Below are positions 17,213-29,004 of a stretch of DNA of 64,000 bases, piece after piece (position 1 is the first letter of the stretch; each line of letters begins with the position of its first letter). Source of the stretch: an uncultured Actinomycetes bacterium (GTDB lineage Bacteria; Actinomycetota; Thermoleophilia; Gaiellales; Gaiellaceae). Location: NCBI GenBank assembly GCA_963815965.1, contig CAWFIT010000012.1:83740-147739 (forward strand), read 5' to 3'. Below the pieces are notes generated by a model that made no database searches, had not been told where the DNA came from, and worked only from the letters and a program-made list of their open reading frames with translations. A program made the position numbers and the translations under genes.

Positions 17213-19847
17213 ATGCGCGAGGCCGCCCAGAGGCCCGTCTCTGACGCTCCGGCGGAGCTGCTCGAGCGCGCCGCCGGATTGGAGGCGCTTTGCGAGTCGC
17301 TTGCATCGGTAAGACGCAGCGGTAGGGGGAGGGTCGTGCTCGTCGGCGGGGAGGCTGGGGTCGGAAAGACCGCGCTCCTACGACGGTTCTGCAGGGAGCG
17401 CGAAGGATCGGCCCCGATCCTCTGGGGTGGTTGCGATCCGCTGTTCACTCCGCGGCCGCTGGGCCCGCTGCTCTCGGTCGCCGAGGAAGCCGGTGGGCCG
17501 CTCGAGGAAGTCGTCACGAACGGGGCGATGCCGCACGAGCTTGCGGCGGCGCTCGTTCGTCAGCTGAGCGCGCACCCTGGAACCGTTTTCGTACTCGAGG
17601 ATGTGCACTGGGCGGACGAGGCCACGCTCGATGTGCTGAAGCTGCTCGCCCGCAGAGTCGCGGCGGTGCCGGTGCTCGTCGTCGCGAGCTTCCGTGACGA
17701 TGAGCTCGACCCGGGCCACCCGTTGCGGCGCGTGCTCGGGGAGCTCGCGACGAGCGCGACGGTGCGGCGGTTGAAGCTCGATCGTCTCTCTCCCGAGGCG
17801 GTCGCCCGGCTTGCACAGCCGCTCGGCGTGGATCCGGACGAGCTTTACCGCAAGACCGCAGGCAACCCCTTCTTCGTTGTCGAGGCGCTGGCCGCAGGCG
17901 TCGACGAGATACCCGACACGGTCAGGGATGCCGTGCTCGCACGCGTTGCGCGACTGAGCACGGCAGCCAGGTCGCTGCTCGAGGCGGTCGCGCTGGTGCC
18001 GCCGCAGGCCGAGCTTTGGCTCTTGGACGCGCTCGCGGAGGACGTCGGCTGTCTTCAGGAATGTCTCGCATCGGGCATGCTCGCGGCCGAGCCGTCGAGC
18101 GTTGCGTTCCGGCACGAGCTTGCCCGTCTGGCAGTCGAGGACTCGGTCGCGCCGAACCGGCGAGTCGGCTTGCACAGGGCCGCGCTCGTGGCGCTGGCCG
18201 ACCCACCGAGCGGCGAGCCCGACCTCGCCCGACTCGCCCATCATGCGGAGGCGGCTCGGGACGCAGACGCGGTACTCCGTTTCGCACCCGCCGCGGCCGC
18301 ACGGGCTGGCCTCGCTGGGCGCTTACCGCGAGGCTGCCGCGCAGTACGCACGTGCTCTCCGCTTCGGTCATCGCCTGTCGCTCGGTGAGCGCGCCGACCT
18401 TCTCGAGTTGCGCGCGAGCGCCTGCTACGTGACCGATGAGTACGACCAGGGGATTGCAGCGCTCCGAGAAGCGCTCGAATGCCGCACCGCGCTGGGCGAC
18501 CGGCTCAGGGAAGGCGACGTGCTTCGCCGGCTCTCGGATTTCCTCTGGTGCCCGGGCCGAACTGCGGAGTCGGAGCGTCGGGCGCGCGAAGCCGTCGCGT
18601 TGCTCGAGACGCTCCCCCTCGGGAGGGAGCTGGCGATGGCCTACGCGAACCTCGCGTCGAACTGCCTCGCCGCGCAGAGGTCGGAGGAGTCTGCCGGCTG
18701 GGCCGCTCGCGCGCTCGAGCTTGCGGACCGTCTCGAAGACACGGAGATCTCCGTCTACGCACTCGCCACGCTCGGCGTCGCGACCCTCGGCGTCGGCGGC
18801 ATCGCGAGGCTCGAGCAGAGTCTCGAGATCGCGCGGCGAGACGGGCTCGCCGAGCAGGTCGCGCGGGCATACGTGCTGCTCGCCGAGACAGCAGTCATCG
18901 CGCGCCGCCACGCGGCGGCGAGCAAGTACCTCGAGGCCGGAATCGGGTATTGCAGCGAGCGAGGTCTCGATCTCTTCCTGCTCTATCTGCTCGCCTTTCG
19001 GGCCCGGTTGCAGCTCGACCAGGGTCGCTGGGCCGATGCGGCCGACTCCGCTTCTGCGGTGCTTCGCATCCAGCGCACCTCGATCAATCCCCGGATCATC
19101 TCGCTCGTCGTGCTCGGCCTCGTGCGAGCGCGGCGCGGAGATCCCGGGCAATGGGACGCGCTCGACGAGGCATGGCGACTGGCGGAGCCGACCGGGGAGC
19201 TGCCACGTCTCGGCCCGGTAGCGGCAGCCAGAGCGGAGGCGGCCTGGCTGGAGGGCGACCGCGAGGCCGTTGCGGCCGCGACCGAGAATGCCCTGTCCCT
19301 CGCCGAGGAGCGGAGCTCGTGGCGGCTCGCGGGCGAGCTCGCCGAATGGCGTCGGCGCGCCGGCCTCGACGAAAAAGCGCCCGAAGGAGCTGCCGAGCCA
19401 TACGCGCTCGAGCTCGCCGGTGACTGGGCGCGGGCGGCCGACGCCTGGGCCGCGATCGGCTGCCCGTACGAGGCAGCGCTCGCACTGGCGGCGGCCGACG
19501 ACGAGAAGGCGCTGCGGCGTTCGCTCGCCGAACTGCAACAGCTGGGCGCTCGCCCGGCTGCGGCGATCGTGGCTCGGCGGCTGCGCGAGCGTGGGGTGCG
19601 CGGTCTCCCACGAGGGCCCCGCGCCGCGACACGCGCGAACCCGGCCGGTCTGACGGCGCGCCAACTGGAGGTACTTGCGCTGCTCGCGGAGGGGCTCACG
19701 AACTCGCAGATCGCCGATCGCCTCGTCGTTTCGCAGCGGACTGTCGACCACCACGTTGCGACGACCCTGCAAAAGCTCGCCGTCCGCACGCGCGCCGAGG
19801 CGAGCGCCCGAGCCGTGCGGCTCGGCCTCGCCGGCCAAGATAGGTAG
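17213..19847 (+). pseudogene. LAL/MalT-type regulator (AAA+ ATPase - TPR-like - LuxR HTH), one frame break (~18305)
   Basis: Walker A GGEAGVGKTAL, Walker B VFVLEDVHWAD, RLSPEAVARL. After the break (ORF 18102 frame): SLGAYREAAAQYARALRF.. TPR-like repeats. C-terminal LTARQLEVLALLAEGLTNSQIADRLVVSQRTVDHHVATTLQKL. Confidence 0.8.
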
Positions 19848-19942
19848 CCAGGCTCGCGAAATGTAGGCAGGCCCACCGATGCCGTGGCGGGTCCGACTCC
19901 GCATCCTCGATTGGCAGGAGAAACGCGAGCCGAGGAGGAGCG

Positions 19943-20215
19943 ATGCCGCGGTATGTAATCGAACGCACTTTTCCCACCGGGTTGGGCATCCCCGCGAACC
20001 CAGCGGGGGCAGTCGAGTGCCGCAACGTGGTCGATTGCAACGCGGAGGAGGGCGTCACGTGGCTGCAGTCGTACGTCAGCGCGAACGACAAGGCGACGTT
20101 CTGTGTCTACGAGGCGCCCAGTCCGGAGGCGATCAGGCGGGCGGCGGCCCGTAACGGACTGCCGGTCGATCGGATCACCCAGGTCCGCGTTCTCGATCCC
20201 CATTTCGTTGGATGA
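19943..20215 (+). CDS. DUF4242-family small protein
   Basis: Intact 90 aa. MPRYVIERTFPTGLGIP..EEGVTWLQSYVSANDKATFCVYEAPSPEAIRRAAARNGLPVDRITQV matches my memory of DUF4242. SD GAGGAGGAG upstream. Confidence 0.7.
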   Translation: MPRYVIERTFPTGLGIPANPAGAVECRNVVDCNAEEGVTWLQSYVSANDKATFCVYEAPSPEAIRRAAARNGLPVDRITQVRVLDPHFVG

Positions 20216-20228
20216 GGAGGTTCGAACC

Positions 20229-20783
20229 ATGCGAAAGGCACACTTTCGGATCGCGCTCGGCGCCACGCTCGTCGGGCTGGTCGCACTCACGATTCTGCTG
20301 ACGTCGATCTCGTTCGCGTCGGCCGGTGATGAGCATTCGTTGACGGCGGTGGCTGCTCAGGCAACGGCCCGCTTCCACGACCTCGACCAGGCACAGCACG
20401 CAGGGTGGAACACCCTGGTCAAGGACAAGTTCGGCGTCGTCTGCATCGACAACCAGCCGGTCGGCGCTATGGGCGTTCACTGGGCGAATGGACCGCTCCT
20501 CGGCGATGCCGTTCTCGATCCGACCCGGCCCGAGGCGCTCGTCTACGCCCCGAACGCCAACGGACAGCCGAAGCTGGCCGCGCTCGAGTACATCGTCTTC
20601 GCGTCTGCGTGGACGGCCGCCGGGCACACGGGTCCACCCGAGCTCTTCGGGCAGCCGTTCTTCTTCTCGCCGGACGGGAACCGCTTCGGGATCCCGGCCT
20701 TCTGGGCGCTCCATGTCTGGATCTGGCACCCGAACCCGGCCGGGACGTTCCAGCCGTGGAATCCGCGGGTGCACTGCCCCTGA
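20229..20783 (+). CDS. secreted hypothetical protein
   Basis: SD GAGGAGG before ATG 20229. Signal/TM segment ALGATLVGLVALTILLTSISFASA. Non-repetitive composition (GMGVHWANGPLLGD..FWALHVWIWHPNPAG). No family that I can name. Confidence 0.6.
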   Translation: MRKAHFRIALGATLVGLVALTILLTSISFASAGDEHSLTAVAAQATARFHDLDQAQHAGWNTLVKDKFGVVCIDNQPVGAMGVHWANGPLLGDAVLDPTRPEALVYAPNANGQPKLAALEYIVFASAWTAAGHTGPPELFGQPFFFSPDGNRFGIPAFWALHVWIWHPNPAGTFQPWNPRVHCP

Positions 20784-20795
20784 ACACGCTGACGG

Positions 20796-20824
20796 TAGGG
20801 GCGGCGGCTCGGCCGTCGCCCCTA
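20796..20824. terminator. bidirectional hairpin between convergent genes
   Basis: TAGGGGCGGCGG-ctcgg-CCGTCGCCCCTA: 12-bp stem (one G-U), 5-nt loop, between stops at 20783 (+) and 20856 (-). Confidence 0.4.
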
Positions 20825-20855
20825 AACCTCTCCCAGGTCCCTTAGCGTCGTCGGC

Positions 20856-21950
20856 TCACGGCACGAGCACGAGCTTTCCATTCGCCGCCGAGCTCTCGAG
20901 CAGCTCGTGTGCGCGGCGCGCGTCGGTGAGCGGCATGCGCTCGGCCACGACCGGGTGGATCTCGCCCCGACGAAGCAGCTCGAGCAACGCGAGGAAGTCC
21001 TCCCGGAACTCTTCCGGGTCCCGGGGACCTCCACCCACTGGAAGCGGGTGGCGACTTCCCACGGGAAGCAGCTGGTGTCCCTCGCGCAGCTTCTGGATCC
21101 GGTAGGCCGACACCCGCCGGCGGGGCGAGAGCAAGCCCCAAAGCGCGACGGTCGCGGTGGCCGCGTACCACTCGACCCACCCTCGCCAACTCTTGTGTCC
21201 GTGCACAATCGTGGCGGAGTGGCCGTAGAGGACGAGCCGTCCGCCGGGCCGCAGCGCGCGGAAGGAACGAAGCGACACCGCGCCGCCGAGCCCGTCGAGC
21301 ACGACGTCGACGCCTTTCCCGGGGAGCTCGCGCACGCGGGCCAGGAAGTCCTCATGTTGGTAGTCGATCGCTACAGCGCCGAGCCGCTCGACCGCGGTGC
21401 GGTCGCGAGCGGAACAGGTCCCATACAGGCGAACCCCGGCCAGCGAGCCGAGCTCGAGCACCGCGGTGCCCACTCTGCCGGCCGCGCCGTGCACGAGCAC
21501 CGTCTCGCCGCTCTTCACCTCCGCCGTGCGGTGAAGCAGCTGATAGGCGGTCATGTAAGTCAGCACGAGGCTGACGACTTCCGCCGGGTCGAGTTCCTCG
21601 GGTACCGCAACCGCGTTCGCCTCCAGCACGCAGACGCGCTCCGCATCGGCGCCCCAGACGGTCAGAGCGGCGATTCGGTCTCCCTCGCGCAGCCTCGTGC
21701 AGCCCGGGCCGAGCTCCTCAACGACGCCGACGAGGTCGTAGCCGGGCGTGAACGGCGGCTTCGGCACGCCGAGATACGTGCCGGCGCGCAACTGCGCGTC
21801 GGTGAACGACACGCCGGCGGCAAGAACCCTGACACGAACCTCGCCCGGACCCGGCCGGGGAACGTCGGCCTCCACCACCTTCAAGACCTCGGGACCGCCG
21901 AAGTGATCGACGACGACGCGTTTCATCCGTTGCTGTGTTGCAGAACTCAT
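20856..21950 (-). CDS. medium-chain (zinc-type/quinone oxidoreductase-like) alcohol dehydrogenase family protein
   Basis: SD AAGGAGGAG before ATG 21950. GPEVLKVVEADVPRPGPGEVRVRVLAAGVSFTDAQLRAG, VLVHGAAGRVGTAVLEL (Rossmann), GKLVLVP tail. Contains a ~20-aa in-frame extra segment (GHQLLPVGSRHPLPVGGGPRDPEE). Confidence 0.85.
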   Translation of the reverse strand: MSSATQQRMKRVVVDHFGGPEVLKVVEADVPRPGPGEVRVRVLAAGVSFTDAQLRAGTYLGVPKPPFTPGYDLVGVVEELGPGCTRLREGDRIAALTVWGADAERVCVLEANAVAVPEELDPAEVVSLVLTYMTAYQLLHRTAEVKSGETVLVHGAAGRVGTAVLELGSLAGVRLYGTCSARDRTAVERLGAVAIDYQHEDFLARVRELPGKGVDVVLDGLGGAVSLRSFRALRPGGRLVLYGHSATIVHGHKSWRGWVEWYAATATVALWGLLSPRRRVSAYRIQKLREGHQLLPVGSRHPLPVGGGPRDPEEFREDFLALLELLRRGEIHPVVAERMPLTDARRAHELLESSAANGKLVLVP

Positions 21951-22192
21951 TGCTCCTCCTTTGCGGCCACCCCGAGCGTCATCAACCTCCTTGGGCCTGT
22001 GAGGCATGTCACGATCGCGACGCGCGCGTCATCGGTGGAATGCCCGTCCGCGGTCAGTGTTTTCTACTGAGTTGGGCCGCGGGACGTGCCGGCGTCCCGG
22101 CCAATTCAGGGCCGCAACAGTATCCGGCTCAGGTCTGTTATTGATACCGCGCCCAGGCGCCCCGTCGCCGTCTCGTGACAAGGGGGATCACG

Positions 22193-25100
22193 ATGTCCCG
22201 ATTCGTCCGCAGCCGTTCTTCGCTCGGCGCGGCGGCCGTTGCTGCAATCGCCGCCGCGATCGTCCTCGCACCGGCGGGAGCGGCGCCGCCGCAGGCCGAC
22301 ACCTGCTTCGGCGGCCCACCGATCGGGCCTGCCTGCGGGACGCTCACGGAGGCGAACCTCCACCAGCTCGTCGCGGACCTGACGCTCGCGCAGAAGGTCG
22401 GGCTCGTGCACGGCCAGGCCGAGACGACTGATCCGCAGTTCGGCTGCGGCAACACCGGCCAGCCGGACGCCTTCCCGGTGATCAACCCGGGTGCGACCGG
22501 GGCGGCGCTCGTCGCCGGCTGCGTCGGCCAGGCCGGCATCAACAACGGCGTGAAGAGCCTCGGTATCCCGCCGCTTCGGCAGACGGACGGTCCTGCCGGC
22601 GTGCGGCTCAGTCACCAGGAGACGGGCCTTCCGGCGCCGGTCGGGTTGACGGCGACGTTCGACCGCTCTGCGGCGAACGCGTACGGCGTGGTGATCGGCC
22701 GCGAGGGCCGCGCGACGAATCAGGACGTGCTTTACGCGCCGATGATCAACCAGGTCGCGTTCGTCACGGCCGGGCGCAACTTCGAGACGCTCGGCGAGGA
22801 TCCGTTCCTCGCGGGCGAGCTCGTCGCGGACGAGACGCGGGGCGTTCAGCGCGAGGGTCTGATCGTGACGTTGAAGCACATGGCAATGAATGACTTCGAG
22901 AACGCGCGCACGAACACGGCGATCAAGCTCGACGAGCGGATGCTTCACGAGCTCGAGCTGCAGGCGTTCGAGAAGGGCATCCAGGAGGGGCACGCGGGCT
23001 CGATCATGTGCGCGTACAGCCGCATCAGCCAATCGGACACGGGCTTCGATACCTACTCGTGCGGCAACAACCTGCTGCTCAACACGATCGCGCGCCAGGA
23101 GCTCGGCTTCACCGGCTGGGTGCTGACCGATTTCGGCGCCGTGCACAGGCTCAGCGACATCCTCGGCGGCGTCGACTCTGCGATGCCGAACGGGAACGTT
23201 GCGGGCATCAGGGACGAGCCGAACCCCGGCAACCTGGCCGATCCACCGTTCAACAACAACGTCTTCGCGGCCGGCGCCAGCTTCCCCCAGAGCATCGTCG
23301 GGAATGGCAAGACCCTGACCGAGGCTGTCCTGAACGGGACGAACGCGATCGCGGTGAACGGCAACTACCCGCCGATTCCCGCCGTCAGCGGCGCCGATTG
23401 GGCGACGGCACTCGACCGAGCCGTCTTCCACATCCTCACGTCGATGAACCGTGCGCGGTTGCTCGAGGGAACGCCGTACGGCTCGCAGAGCGGCGGATGC
23501 ACGGCTGCGGCGGCGAACTGCACGCCGCTCGTGGCGGCGCGTCCGGACCTGCAGGCTCTGATGGCGCCCGACTTCGCGATCGCGAAGGACGTCGCCGAGA
23601 AGAGCGCGACGCTGTTGAAGAACGACGGCGGTGCGCTGCCTCTGCGCGGCTCCGATTTCGCGGGCGACGGCGTTCTCGTCATGGGCCCGACCGCGACGGC
23701 GACGTACGTCGGCGGCGGCGGCAGCGCTCACGTGACGCCGTTCGAGCCGATCACGAATTCACTCACCGCGCTTCGTGCGGCGGCCGGTGCGGGCACGGTG
23801 AACTACGTCCAGGGCTACGACCTCGACGGCGAGGTCGTGCCGTCGTCGGCGACCACCAACGGCGTGCAAGCCGGCTGGCTGCGCCAGCAGATCTCGACGA
23901 CGGTCCCAACGCCGCCCGCGGCTCCCGGGCCGTGCACGGGAACGTGCGCGCCGGATCAGGTCGACTCGACAGTCGACTACACGAGTCAGACGACGACGCT
24001 GCCGGCGGGAACTGCCTGGCGCTGGACGACGCACTTCACGGCCCCGTCGGCAGGAACGTGGCAGTTGAAGATCTTCGTCAAGAACCAGAGCAGCGCGCAG
24101 CTGTTCGTCGACGGCCTGGCGACGGCGCAGCGCCGGATCAACATGGGCGCGTACGGCGTCGCCGGCGGCGGGATCGGCGGCTCGTCGATCGCCGCGTGGG
24201 ACGGGCTCGCGCAGACGGCGAAGTCGCACGACGGTCTCGAGCTTCAGCAGGCGGCGTTCACGACGACCTTCACCGCGGGCGAGTCGCACGACCTCGACCT
24301 GCGCGCATACGCGAACGCGACGACCCCGCTGTCCGTCCGCTTCGAATGGGTGCCGCCCGACTGGCAAGCGCGGTCGATCGCGGCGGCCGTCACAGCGGCG
24401 CAGAACGCGAACAAGGTTGTGATCTTTGCGTACGACGACGGCACCGAGGGCTCGGACCGCGGCGGCAACGACCAGAACGTCGGGCTCGAGCTTCCGGGCT
24501 GGCAGGACGACCTGATCTCCGCGGTCGCAGCCGTGAACCCGAACATCGTCGTGGTGCTGAACACCGGCGACGCCGTCTACATGCCGTGGCTTGCGAGTGC
24601 GAAGTCGGTGCTCGAGATGTGGTATCCGGGCGTCGCGGGTGGAGTCGCGACCGCGGACGTCCTGATCGGCACGGTGACGCCCAGCGGCAAGCTGCCGATC
24701 ACGTTCCCGGACGGCGGGGCCGCGCGCCCGCGCTTCCCGACCGACGATCCCGGCTGCAACCCGGCCGCGATCGTCATCCCGAACAACAGCACGGGCACCG
24801 GTGCGAACGACGGCAACTGCCCGCTCTACCCGGGCGTGTTCATGAGCAACGCGACGCAGGGCCAGCACACGTACCGCACCGTCGACATGGAGGCGAACGG
24901 CATCTTCCAGGGCTACCGCTGGTACGACGTGCACGGAAAGGCGCCGCTCTTCCCCTTCGGCCACGGGCTCTCGTACACGCAGTTCACGTACTCGAACCTG
25001 ATCGTGACGCCGAGCGTCGGCGCAATGACGGTGTCGTTCGACGTGACGAACTCAGGCTCGGTGAAGGGGGACGAGGTGCCGCAGGTCTACATCGGCTCGC

Positions 25101-25574
25101 CGGCCTCGCCGCCGGTGCCGATGGCCGTGCGCGCGCTCGCGGGATTCGAGCGCGTGTCACTCGATCCGGGCCAGACGAAGCACGTGACGATCGAGATCGC
25201 ACCGCGCGCGTTCCAGTTCTGGAGCGCCGCAGATCACGCTTGGCAGACGGCCTGGGGCGATCGTCAGATCGCCGTCGGCTCCTCGTCGCGCGACCTCCGG
25301 CTGACGACGACCGACGCGCCGCTGAAGCCGGCCGCCGAAGAGGTCCTCGACCTGCTCGCTGCCGTGCAAGGCGTCGGCCCGGGGAACAGCCTTACGACGC
25401 AAGGTGAAGTCGATCCAGGCCTCGATCGCAGCCGGTCTCAACGCCGACGCGTGCGCGGAACTGGTCGCGTTCGAGCACGCGGTGAGCGCGCAGACGGGCA
25501 AGACGATCCCCGCGTCGACCGCAGCGGCGTTGCAGCGAGAGGCCGGCCGCGTCTCCGCCGCGATCGGCTGCTGA
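22193..25574 (+). pseudogene. secreted GH3 beta-glucosidase with PA14-like insert and C-terminal helical tail; one frame break (~25409)
   Basis: SD GGGGGA before ATG 22193. Signal peptide. GIPPLRQTDGPAGVR, KHMAMNDFE, GFTGWVLTDFGA (GH3 nucleophile region), VVVLNTGDAVYMPW, FPFGHGLSYTQF. After one extra base the tail reads KVKSIQASIAAGLNADACAELVAFEHAVSAQTGKTIPASTAAALQREAGRVSAAIGC-stop (25572-25574). Confidence 0.85.
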
Positions 25575-25579
25575 GGTGA

Positions 25580-25603
25580 CGCGCACTCAGCGCACCGTGC
25601 GCG
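25580..25603 (+). terminator. weak hairpin after the GH3 gene
   Basis: CGCGCAC-tcagcgcacc-GTGCGCG: 7-bp stem, 10-nt loop, 6 nt after the stop. Confidence 0.25.
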
Positions 25604-25732
25604 CCTACGAGCTCGTTGTTCCCTCGACTGGAGAGACAACCACTTAAGCTCGCGACGCGATCGCCCTCCGCCGTTCTGCCGCCGTCGGGCGAAGGCGAAT
25701 TCGGCGTATCCGTCGTACTGTTAGCGGCGGCG

Positions 25733-27376
25733 ATGGTGCGCGCGGTCGATGAGCTCGAGCGTGGACGTCGAGCGTATGAAGGGTCTGCGTGGACAGATGC
25801 GTTCGAGTCGCTGTCGCGCGCCGATCAATCGACTTCGCTTGCGGCTGGAGATCTCGAGTTGTTTGCGCGGTCGGCGTACATGGTCGGCCGTGACGACGAC
25901 TACGTCGCCGGTCTCGAGCGCGCACATGACCTGTACGTCGCGGCGGGAGATTTGCGCCCGGCGATCCGCTGCGCGTGGTGGATCGGCCACAACATGCTCT
26001 TCCGCGGTCAGACAGCTCGTGCGGCTGGCTGGTTCGGCCGCGCGCAGCGGTTGCTCGACAGCGACGGACGGGATTGCGTCGAGCGCGGATACTTGCTCAT
26101 TCCGGTCTGGCTCGAGCAGATGGCGAGCGGCGACTACGAGGCAGGCTACGAGACCGCGGCCAAGGCGGCCGCTATCGGCGAGCGCTTCGGCGATGCCGAT
26201 CTCGTTTGGCTGGCCCGCGACGATCAGGCGCGTGCGCTCGCGAAGCAGGGCCGGCTGGACGAGGCGTTGCGGCTCGTGGACGAGACGCTCGTCGTCGCGC
26301 TCGCCGGCGAGCTGTCACCGATCGTCACCGGGATCGTCTATTGCAACACGATCGCGTTCTGCCGGGACGTGTACGAGGTCCGTCACGCACGCGAGTGGAC
26401 CGAGGCTCTGAGTCGTTGGTGCGAGCGTCAACCGGAGATGGTCGCGCACAACGGTCTGTGTCTCGTGCATCGCGCCGAGATCATGCAACTGCAAGGCGCC
26501 TGGGATGAGGCTCTGGTCGAGGCGCGACGTGCGGCCGAGCGCTTCACGTCCGGAGCCCTCAACGAGCTCGCCCGCGGCAGGGCGTTCTACCAACAGGGCG
26601 AAGTACACCGACTGCGGGGAGAGTTCGCCGCCGCCGAAGAGGCGTACCGGAGCGCGAGCAGGTGCGGGCACGAGCCCCAACCCGGGCTGGCGTCTCTGCG
26701 CCTGGCCGAGGGAAAGGCCTGGGCTGCAGTCGGCGCGATTCGACGTGTCTTAGGTGAGTCGGCACAGCCGATGTTGCGGGCGGGTCTTCTGCAGGCTTGC
26801 GTCGAGATCATGCTCGCGGTGGGGGATCTTGGCGAAGCGCGCGGCGCGTGTGACGAACTGCAGGAGATCGCGGCTGCCCACCAGAGCGACATGCTGCGGG
26901 CCGCTTCCGGGCGGGCCCGTGGGTTGCTCGCCTCCGCAGATGATGACCCGCACGGCGCGCTGGCCGCTCTGAGGGAGAGCCTGTCGATTTGGCAGGAGCT
27001 CGGCGCACCCTATGAGATGGCGCGCGTGCGTGTCTCGGTCGGATTGGCGTGCCGCGCGCTGGGTGACGAGGACACTGCCGTGCTGGAGCTCGAAGTCGCT
27101 CGGGACGTGTTCTCGCGCTTGCGGGCCCGGCCGGATGTGGCGGCGGTGGACTTGCACCTCAAGAGAGCATCAGCGTCGAAGCCGTACGGGCTCAGCGAGC
27201 GTGAGCTGGAAGTCCTGCGCCTCGTCGCAGCCGGAAACAGCAACCGCGAGATCGCTACGCGCTTGGTCATCAGCGAGCACACGGTCGCCCGTCACATGCA
27301 GAACGTCTTTGGCAAGCTCGGCGTCTCTTCTCGGAGCGCGGCCAGCGCCTTCGCAGCGGCACACGAGCTCCTCTGA
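25733..27376 (+). CDS. LuxR-family transcriptional regulator with long helical-repeat (TPR-like) N-terminal region
   Basis: Intact. C-terminal [46 protein letters not shown]-terminal ~480 aa is helical and repeat-like. The start is uncertain (ATG 25733 or an upstream GTG). Confidence 0.75.
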   Translation: MVRAVDELERGRRAYEGSAWTDAFESLSRADQSTSLAAGDLELFARSAYMVGRDDDYVAGLERAHDLYVAAGDLRPAIRCAWWIGHNMLFRGQTARAAGWFGRAQRLLDSDGRDCVERGYLLIPVWLEQMASGDYEAGYETAAKAAAIGERFGDADLVWLARDDQARALAKQGRLDEALRLVDETLVVALAGELSPIVTGIVYCNTIAFCRDVYEVRHAREWTEALSRWCERQPEMVAHNGLCLVHRAEIMQLQGAWDEALVEARRAAERFTSGALNELARGRAFYQQGEVHRLRGEFAAAEEAYRSASRCGHEPQPGLASLRLAEGKAWAAVGAIRRVLGESAQPMLRAGLLQACVEIMLAVGDLGEARGACDELQEIAAAHQSDMLRAASGRARGLLASADDDPHGALAALRESLSIWQELGAPYEMARVRVSVGLACRALGDEDTAVLELEVARDVFSRLRARPDVAAVDLHLKRASASKPYGLSERELEVLRLVAAGNSNREIATRLVISEHTVARHMQNVFGKLGVSSRSAASAFAAAHELL

Positions 27377-27497
27377 CGATCCCGCGTGGTCAGAAATGAC
27401 CATCCGCACCGCTTGCGCACGGTTGGCTGACTTGCGCGATGCGGACTGCGCGCCGGCGCCGTAGCGTCGACGTCGTTACCGCGAATCGAAGGAGGCG

Positions 27498-27782
27498 ATG
27501 ATGTACGTGATCACGAAGCACCAGATCAAGGACGCCGACGCGTTCTTCGCTGTCGCGCGAATGGCGGCGGACGGTGCGCCGCCCGGGGTCTACGGTCGGC
27601 AGTTCTGCCCGAGTCGCGACGGCGCTGAGGCGGTCTGCCTCTGGGAGGCGGACTCGCTCGAAGCTGTCCGCGAGTACCTCGACTCGCTGATCGGCGAAGC
27701 AAGCGACAACGCATACTTCGAGGTCGACCCGAGGCGCGCGATCGGTATGCCCGATCGGATCGAAGCCGGCGCTCAGGCCTGA
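27498..27782 (+). CDS. small hypothetical protein (possibly DUF3303-like)
   Basis: SD GAAGGAGG before ATGATG 27498. 94 aa, normal composition (MYVITKHQIKDADAFFAVARMAADGAPPGVYGRQFCPSRDGAEAVCLWEADSLEAVREYL). Confidence 0.55.
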   Translation: MMYVITKHQIKDADAFFAVARMAADGAPPGVYGRQFCPSRDGAEAVCLWEADSLEAVREYLDSLIGEASDNAYFEVDPRRAIGMPDRIEAGAQA

Positions 27783-27793
27783 GGGCACGGCAG

Positions 27794-28609
27794 GTGACTC
27801 AGCAGATCTCGTTCGAGACGTATCGGGGAGATGCACCCGAGAACTACGAGCGCTACTTCGTCCCCGTCATCGGAGCCCCGCTGGCAGCAGACCTCGTCGA
27901 TCTCGCCGCACTCTCACCCGGCGAACGAGTCCTGGACGTCGCCTGCGGGACAGGCGCCGTCACTCGGCTCGCCGCAGACCGCGTCGGTCCAGCCGGGACG
28001 GTCGTCGGCGTCGACGTCAATCCCGGGATGCTGGCGGTTGCGCGCACGATCGATCCCGGCGCGACGATCGAGTGGCACGAGACAACGGCTGAATCGCTCC
28101 CGTTCGCCGACGAGCGGTTCGACGTCGCCCTCTGCCAACTCGGACTCCAGTTCATCCGAGACAAGCGGATGGCGCTACGCGAGATGTGGCGCGTGCTTGT
28201 CTCCGGCGGGCGCGTCTTGATCAACGTCTGCGGACCGGCGCCGCCCCTGTTCACCATCCTCGAGGAGACATTGGAACGCGACCTCGGCCCGGAGGTCGCC
28301 GAGTTCGTTCGCACCGTCTTCTCCCTCCACGAACCGGACGAGCTACGTGACCTGGTGAGCGACGTCGGCTTCGAGACCGCTTCCGCGTCGTCGGCCGTGA
28401 AGACGCTCCGCCTGCCGCCGCCGAGGGAGTTCCTGTGGCAGTACGTCCACAGCACGCCCCTGGCAGCGGCAGCGGCTCGGCTCGATGAGCAGGGACGCAG
28501 GCTCATCGAGCGCGACGTCGTAGCGAGCTGGCAGCCCTACGTCGAAAACGGCAGGCTCGTCCTGGAGGTCGCGGTCACCGTCGCGACCGCTCAGAAGGGA
28601 CGAAGCTAG
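27794..28609 (+). CDS. class I SAM-dependent methyltransferase
   Basis: ERVLDVACGTGAVTRLAA (motif I), VVGVDVNPGMLAVAR, FDVALCQLGLQFIRD, LVSGGRVLI. Confidence 0.85.
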   Translation: MTQQISFETYRGDAPENYERYFVPVIGAPLAADLVDLAALSPGERVLDVACGTGAVTRLAADRVGPAGTVVGVDVNPGMLAVARTIDPGATIEWHETTAESLPFADERFDVALCQLGLQFIRDKRMALREMWRVLVSGGRVLINVCGPAPPLFTILEETLERDLGPEVAEFVRTVFSLHEPDELRDLVSDVGFETASASSAVKTLRLPPPREFLWQYVHSTPLAAAAARLDEQGRRLIERDVVASWQPYVENGRLVLEVAVTVATAQKGRS

Positions 28610-29004
28610 TTCGCCGAACCGAAGCGTCGCTCCAGGTTCTCGAGCTCGCGGAGCAGGGAGGCGTGCTGGGTTTCGAACTGCTCGTCGGATTGTCCCGGGG
28701 CCTGGAACATTGTGAAGGTGAAAGCGCTGCCGCCTGCCGGGGTGGCGACGACGCGGGTGGGGAAACAGAGGAGCGCGTCGTCGCTGGGGCCGGCGAGCAT
28801 GTCGATCACGCCTGAGTCCGGGTCGGCGTGGATCTCGAAGAAGAACTCGCCGAGGCCGTTCACGATCTTGTGCCGCCCGTCGACGAGTCTCAGTTCGCGG
28901 GCGAACTCGGTCGCCCATTCCGGCAGTTTTTCGACGTCGGCGAGGAACGCGAACACCTCGTGCGGGGCTGTGGCCAGCGTGGTGGTGACGGTGTGATGCC
29001 TCAT
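28606..29004 (-). CDS. SRPBCC-superfamily small protein
   Basis: ATG 29004 overlaps the MarR stop (ATGA). HTVTTTLATAPHEVFAFLADVEKLPEWATEFARELRLVDGRHKI is typical of SRPBCC/polyketide-cyclase-like folds. Confidence 0.7.
   Translation of the reverse strand: MRHHTVTTTLATAPHEVFAFLADVEKLPEWATEFARELRLVDGRHKIVNGLGEFFFEIHADPDSGVIDMLAGPSDDALLCFPTRVVATPAGGSAFTFTMFQAPGQSDEQFETQHASLLRELENLERRFGSAN

Noticed and set aside
17922-19904. 660-aa minus-strand ORF, together with similar long ORFs at 22106..23731(-), 23759..24964(-), 46947..48359(-), 62480..63823(-), 1848..3458(+) and 23008..25407(+)
   Set aside because: The translations are Arg/Pro/Ala/Gly-rich and low in complexity, with no motifs. They lie antisense to or out of frame with genes that have clear family signatures. 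These are typical shadow ORFs of ~70% GC DNA.
20990-21090. Compensating double frameshift inside the alcohol dehydrogenase (extra segment GHQLLPVGSRHPLPVGGGPRDPEE)
   Set aside because: The segment stays in frame. It contains an imperfect tandem repeat at DNA level (CTTCCCGTGGGAAG / CTTCCAGTGGGTGG), so a lineage-specific in-frame duplication is as likely. This cannot be resolved without homologues.
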